A stretch of DNA of 64,000 nt from Lama guanicoe (lineage: Eukaryota). The DNA lies in assembly GCA_013239625.1 (NCBI GenBank), contig MU054323.1, forward strand, positions 496,001-560,000. Direction: 5' to 3'. Shown here piece by piece: positions 60,350-64,000 of the stretch. Position 1 is the first letter of the stretch. Every line of letters starts with the position of its first letter. The notes below the pieces were generated by a model. The model did no database searches. It was given only the letters and a program-made list of their open reading frames with translations, and had not been told where the DNA came from. A program made the position numbers and the translations under genes.

Positions 60350-60810
60350 AGATGAACACGCTGAGTGCTTTTCTAAACCAGCAGGCACAGTGATGCGCAT
60401 TTCCCATGAATCATTTCACTCAGTCTCCGTATCAACATTCTACATTGGGGACTGATATTGTATCCATTTAGCAGATGGGAAAACAGTCTTAGAAAGATTG
60501 AGTTTTTTTTTTTTAATTGAAGTATAGTCAATATCGTGTTAGTTTCTGGTGTACAGCATAGAGATTCAGTTATACATATATATGTATTATTTTTCATTTT
60601 AGGTTATTACAAGATATTGAGTATAGTTTCCTGTGCTATACAGTAGGACCTTGTTGTTTATCTCTTTTATATGTAGTAGTTTATATCTGTGAATCCCAAA
60701 CAGAAAGATTGAGTCCTTGCTCAAGGTAATTCAATCAGCTAGTATGTGTTAAAGCGTGATTTTGAAGCCAGACACCTGACTCTAGAATCTGTGGTTTCCA
60801 CATTGATGCT
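60350..60810 (-). mobile_element. MIR SINE split by an L1 insertion
   Basis: atccatttagcagatgggaaaacagtcttagaaagattgagt | ccttgctcaaggtaatt...gattttgaagccagacacctgactctaga. Confidence 0.75.
60504..60701 (-). mobile_element. Short 5'-truncated LINE-1 (3' UTR tip) with perfect 13-bp TSD
   Basis: TSD agaaagattgagt at 60491-60503 and 60702-60714; poly(T) then ttgaagtatagtc...ctgtgctatacagtaggaccttgttgtttatc. Confidence 0.95.
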
Positions 60811-60879
60811 ATGTTTTTCCTCTTACTGTGAACCTTTCTGGAGCCCCTCCCCGCAAGAAGAGCTAACCTCTCCCTATGT

Positions 60880-61200
60880 GTTCCAGCAGACTCCATGCCT
60901 CCTTCTCTCACAACCCTTCCCTCTCTTAGGTGTTATTCTCCGCTGTCTCATCTACATTGGCAGGAAGTTTGAGATTCTCTCCTCAGCACCATTGTCAAGC
61001 CTTACTTACAGGCTAGCTATCTACCAGTTGATTGTAAGTTCCGAGGGGAAAGACGCCCCAACCATCTTGGTCACAGCCACGCACATGCCTGGCACCTAGT
61101 AAATGCTCAGTTAAATACAGTTTAAGAGAATGGATGTGTAGAGGGATGAGGACTCCGCAAGGGCAGGGACTGTGTGTTTGTCATATCTATTTCTCCTTCA
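60880..61200 (+). mobile_element. L2 3' fragments
   Basis: attgtaagttccgagggg...atgcctggcacctagtaaatgctca; agggcagggactgtgt. Confidence 0.65.
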
Positions 61201-61639
61201 AAGTCTACCATGCAATTGTCATGCCATGGGAACCCATAAAAGGGTTTTAAAGCAGGAATCAGGAGGAGGATTTGTCCCAGAACATAGAACTAAGATGGGT
61301 CACAAGTGACTTCAGGAGGAATTTGTCCCTACAGGAATAGAGGAGGCAGCTGGTATAGAAAAGAGAGTTTGGAGAATCCCAGGGACAAACTTTGGTGACC
61401 TCATGAAACTTTTCCACGTGTGGAGCACTGCAAGTCTAGAAGCATTCTTGACAGGGATGAGGGAGAAGGTGAGACCGAGGGCTACCTTTGCTTAGCTTCC
61501 ACGTTGTCAGCCTCCCGTCCTCCTGTCACACAGCCCACAGGGGCCACAGCTCCTGCCCTTCAGGTTGAAGAACTGTGGCAATGCACATAGTAGACATACT
61601 GTAAATGTCAAGTGAGTCACATTAGAAAAACACCGATAA

Positions 61640-61860
61640 TCTTCCTTAACACTTATTAAGCACCTACTGCAAACCAATCTCTCTAAGCATTGTGTGTGGG
61701 TCATGTGTCTATAAGGTATATATGGATACAGAGCTTTACCCTCAGTTTCTCATGGAGAAAACTGAAGTCCCAGGAGATAGAATTTCCTGCCTCTGTGGAC
61801 ACAGCTCACAGTTGGCCAAACAGGACTGGAATCAGGTTTAGCACACTTCCCCACCATCTT
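61640..61860 (-). mobile_element. MIR SINE
   Basis: acttattaagcacctactg...ggagaaaactgaagtcccaggaga...acacagct. Confidence 0.65.
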
Positions 61861-62975
61861 CGACCAGCGGTGGGGGGGATCGCTGCCGCAGCCCTGATCC
61901 GAGTCACACGCAGGCTCATCCTCAGGAGCCCGTCTTTCTCTGACTGCGTATTTGGGGCGAGGCTGGGAGCTTAGAGCAATATACCATTAGGATGGCGGGA
62001 GCACGGAGGGAGGGATCCAGGTGAAGGCGTGGACAGAGGCCTGGGAATCGTGGGTCGGGGTGGGAAGGGACAGGAGGCAGTTTACTTCCTTTCCTGTGGG
62101 TGACCTGTGTCTTCATCGCCTGGTGTCCCTAAAAGATGTCCCAGAAAGTCCTGCCAGTATGAGATGTGCTCTAGACTAGACAGTGGCCCTTTGGAGACCT
62201 TGAGGATGTCATTCCCTGGGGGAGGAGAGGGGGCTGGTTGGACTGCACTCGGAAGGCAGAGAATCACAGAGCCGGGCGTGACCTCAGACCCCCCTCACCT
62301 CTCCACCAGGAAATGGGGCTCAGACATTGTGGGGAGCTATTTCTGGAACAACGGGGGGAAGGCGGGCGGGGTCTGGGCCTCGTCCACTGGCAGCAGCGGG
62401 CGTCACCTACTCCGTGGGCTGCCTTGCTGTGTGGTCCCAAGGCAGCCCTTTAAAGGCCAGGCCTTTTGTCTGTGGAGAGGATGGTGATAATGCAGCTGGG
62501 CTCCTGGGGGCCCTGAATGAGAGTCAGGGATTGAAAAGAGCCGGGCAGCCGCTCCGATGGGAAGGCGGTGACAGTGTGGTTCCCTGCTGGATCTGAGCTG
62601 CCATGAAAGCCTGGCTCCCCTGACCCAGCCCTCCGGCCACCACATCGCACCAGCCTTGCAGTCTGGGCGCGTGTGCGTGTGTGCAGGTGTCTACAGATGC
62701 TCGGTGGTTCTGATCAGGGAATGACTTCTCTGGAAATGGCCTTTGTGGGTGTCTCTCTCCCCTGTGTAGGATGGATCTGCCCCTCCCCCTCTTCTTCCTG
62801 CCTTCCACCCTGTGATCCCACCTTTCCCTGCCTGGGGTCCAGGAGATGAGCTACATCGTAGGAGCAAGGTCTCCCCTCTCCAGTGCACTTGCGTGAGCAC
62901 TTCACAATCCACGTTCTTGATATTTACCAGGAGAAGACTCCTTGAGGTGCCCTCACCAAGAGAAGGAACACTTCT

Positions 62976-63138
62976 TTTGTTTGTTTTTGTTTAGTTGCGT
63001 TTTTTTTGGGGGGGTGGTAATTAAGTCTATTATTTATTTACATATTAATTTTTTTTTTTTAATGGAGGTGCTGTGGATTGAACCCGGGACCTCGTGCATG
63101 CCAAACATGCACTCTACCACTGAGCTGTACACCCCCCC
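62976..63138 (-). mobile_element. Full-length tRNA-Ala-derived SINE (camelid Vic-1-like)
   Basis: Minus strand reads GGGG...CAGCTCAGTGGTAGAGTGCATGTTTGGCATGCACGAGGTCCCGGGTTCAATCCACAGCACCTCCA with Pol III A/B boxes, then an A-rich tail; degenerate TSD (c)aagagaaggaacacttct / (c)aaaaaagggaacatttct. Confidence 0.9.
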
Positions 63139-63179
63139 CAAAAAAGGGAACATTTCTATCATGAGAACTAACTCTCCAC

Positions 63180-63330
63180 CAGGCAATGTGTTGATCACTT
63201 TACATTAGGACCTGTAATTCTCAAAAGTCATTTCGAGTGGGAGATCCTTCATGCCATCTTGCTGATGAAGATATTAAGGATCAGAGACATTGAGTGAAAT
63301 ATCCACACTGCACAGCTAGCAAGTGGTAGA
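63180..63330 (-). mobile_element. MIR fragment
   Basis: ccaggcaatgtgttgatcactttacatt...gatgaagatattaaggatcagaga...cacagctagcaagtggtagag. Confidence 0.65.
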
Positions 63331-63664
63331 GTCCATGGTCTTTTGTTATCCTGTCAAGACTCCTGAGGCTGACCTGGGATGCTCCTGAGCCCTGCTGTCT
63401 CCTCTCAGCTCTGGGAGGGACTGTGGGTCCTTCCCCCTTGTCGGAGCCTCAGTTCCTAAACCTGGTTTCTCTATGGTGAGCCAGTTCCTGTGTTTATTCT
63501 CCCATCTCAGCTTTGGCCAAAAGCAGACAGCCCACAGAAGTAATAGACTAGGGGTTCTGTTGCCTGGTGTGTGTAACTGTGTGCCAATCCCAGCAGGCCT
63601 CAGTTTCCCCATCAGTGGCATGGGATCCTTCCAGAATGATATTTCAGGGTCTTTCCAGCTCTGA

Positions 63665-63690
63665 CTTCATTTCATTTCATTTCATTTCAT
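63665..63690. repeat. (TTTCA)n short microsatellite
   Basis: cttcatttcatttcatttcatttcat. Confidence 0.85.
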
Positions 63691-63767
63691 CGCTAGACAC
63701 CCTCCCAGCGCTGAAATCCCACTGTCTCAGAAGGCTTGATCCCTTCTGGCTAGTCTGTCTTAAGGTA

Positions 63768-63786
63768 TAGCGCCACCTTCTGGTGA
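63768..63786 (-). promoter_or_regulatory. Candidate CTCF binding site
   Basis: Minus strand TCACCAGAAGGTGGCGCTA versus core consensus TGGCCACCAGGGGGCGCTA; lies in non-repeat sequence and retains the CpG. Confidence 0.6.
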
Positions 63787-64000
63787 TCAGTTTACTCCGA
63801 TTTTTTTTTTTCCCTTTGGCCAGTTCGGATTCTCTGCTTGGTTCCTCCCTTTTCCAGAAACTAGACTGAACACCTGATGACTAGGCCGAGTGCCCTGGGT
63901 GTGGACATCTCTCTGCAAAGCTGCAGGCATGGTTAGGGGTGGGTTGTGGCTAGACTCAGTTTCCTGCACTCAGGATGGTGCTGGTGGCTTTCCCAGTGCC

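Noticed and set aside
63062..63138. tRNA-Ala-like cloverleaf with A/B boxes (also at ~39204-39275 and ~43279-43340)
   Set aside because: The full-length copy has an A-rich tail, a degenerate TSD and an altered anticodon loop, and the others are diverged or truncated; these are SINE heads, not tRNA genes
1..64000. Prokaryotic or viral systems (operons, CRISPR arrays, intact ERV genes, horizontally acquired insert)
   Set aside because: No long coding regions, no gag/pol/env remnants between the LTRs and no compositional discontinuity; the window reads as ordinary mammalian non-coding DNA throughout

Overview
Mammalian (placental) genomic DNA, most likely a camelid: three tRNA-Ala-derived SINEs resembling Vic-1 are present, alongside cetartiodactyl-type L1 3' UTRs. 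I saw no Alu, PRE-1, Bov-A/BovB or CHR elements. The window looks like a gene desert or the interior of a very large intron. I found no convincing protein-coding exon, RNA gene or CpG island. The ORF track reflects chance ORFs, simple repeats and transposon remnants; the only recognisable peptide is a decayed LINE-1 ORF2 C-terminus at 34198-34464. A large part of the window is ancient interspersed repeat: about 30 MIRs, many L2 and L1 fragments, MaLR/ERVL/ERV1 LTRs, and hAT/Tigger MITEs. Several of these are nested with recoverable target-site duplications (TSDs). Between the repeats are unique, motif-dense blocks that look like developmental enhancers, plus one strong CTCF motif. I do not see evidence of a new biological system. 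The best leads are an intact-looking ERV1 solo-LTR promoter with an apparently decayed poly(A) signal, a 326-bp segment bracketed by a perfect 15-bp direct repeat, a few isolated well-formed splice-site pairs, and candidate enhancers. Repeat family names come from recalled consensus sequences rather than a database search. Most boundaries are approximate unless a TSD is quoted.
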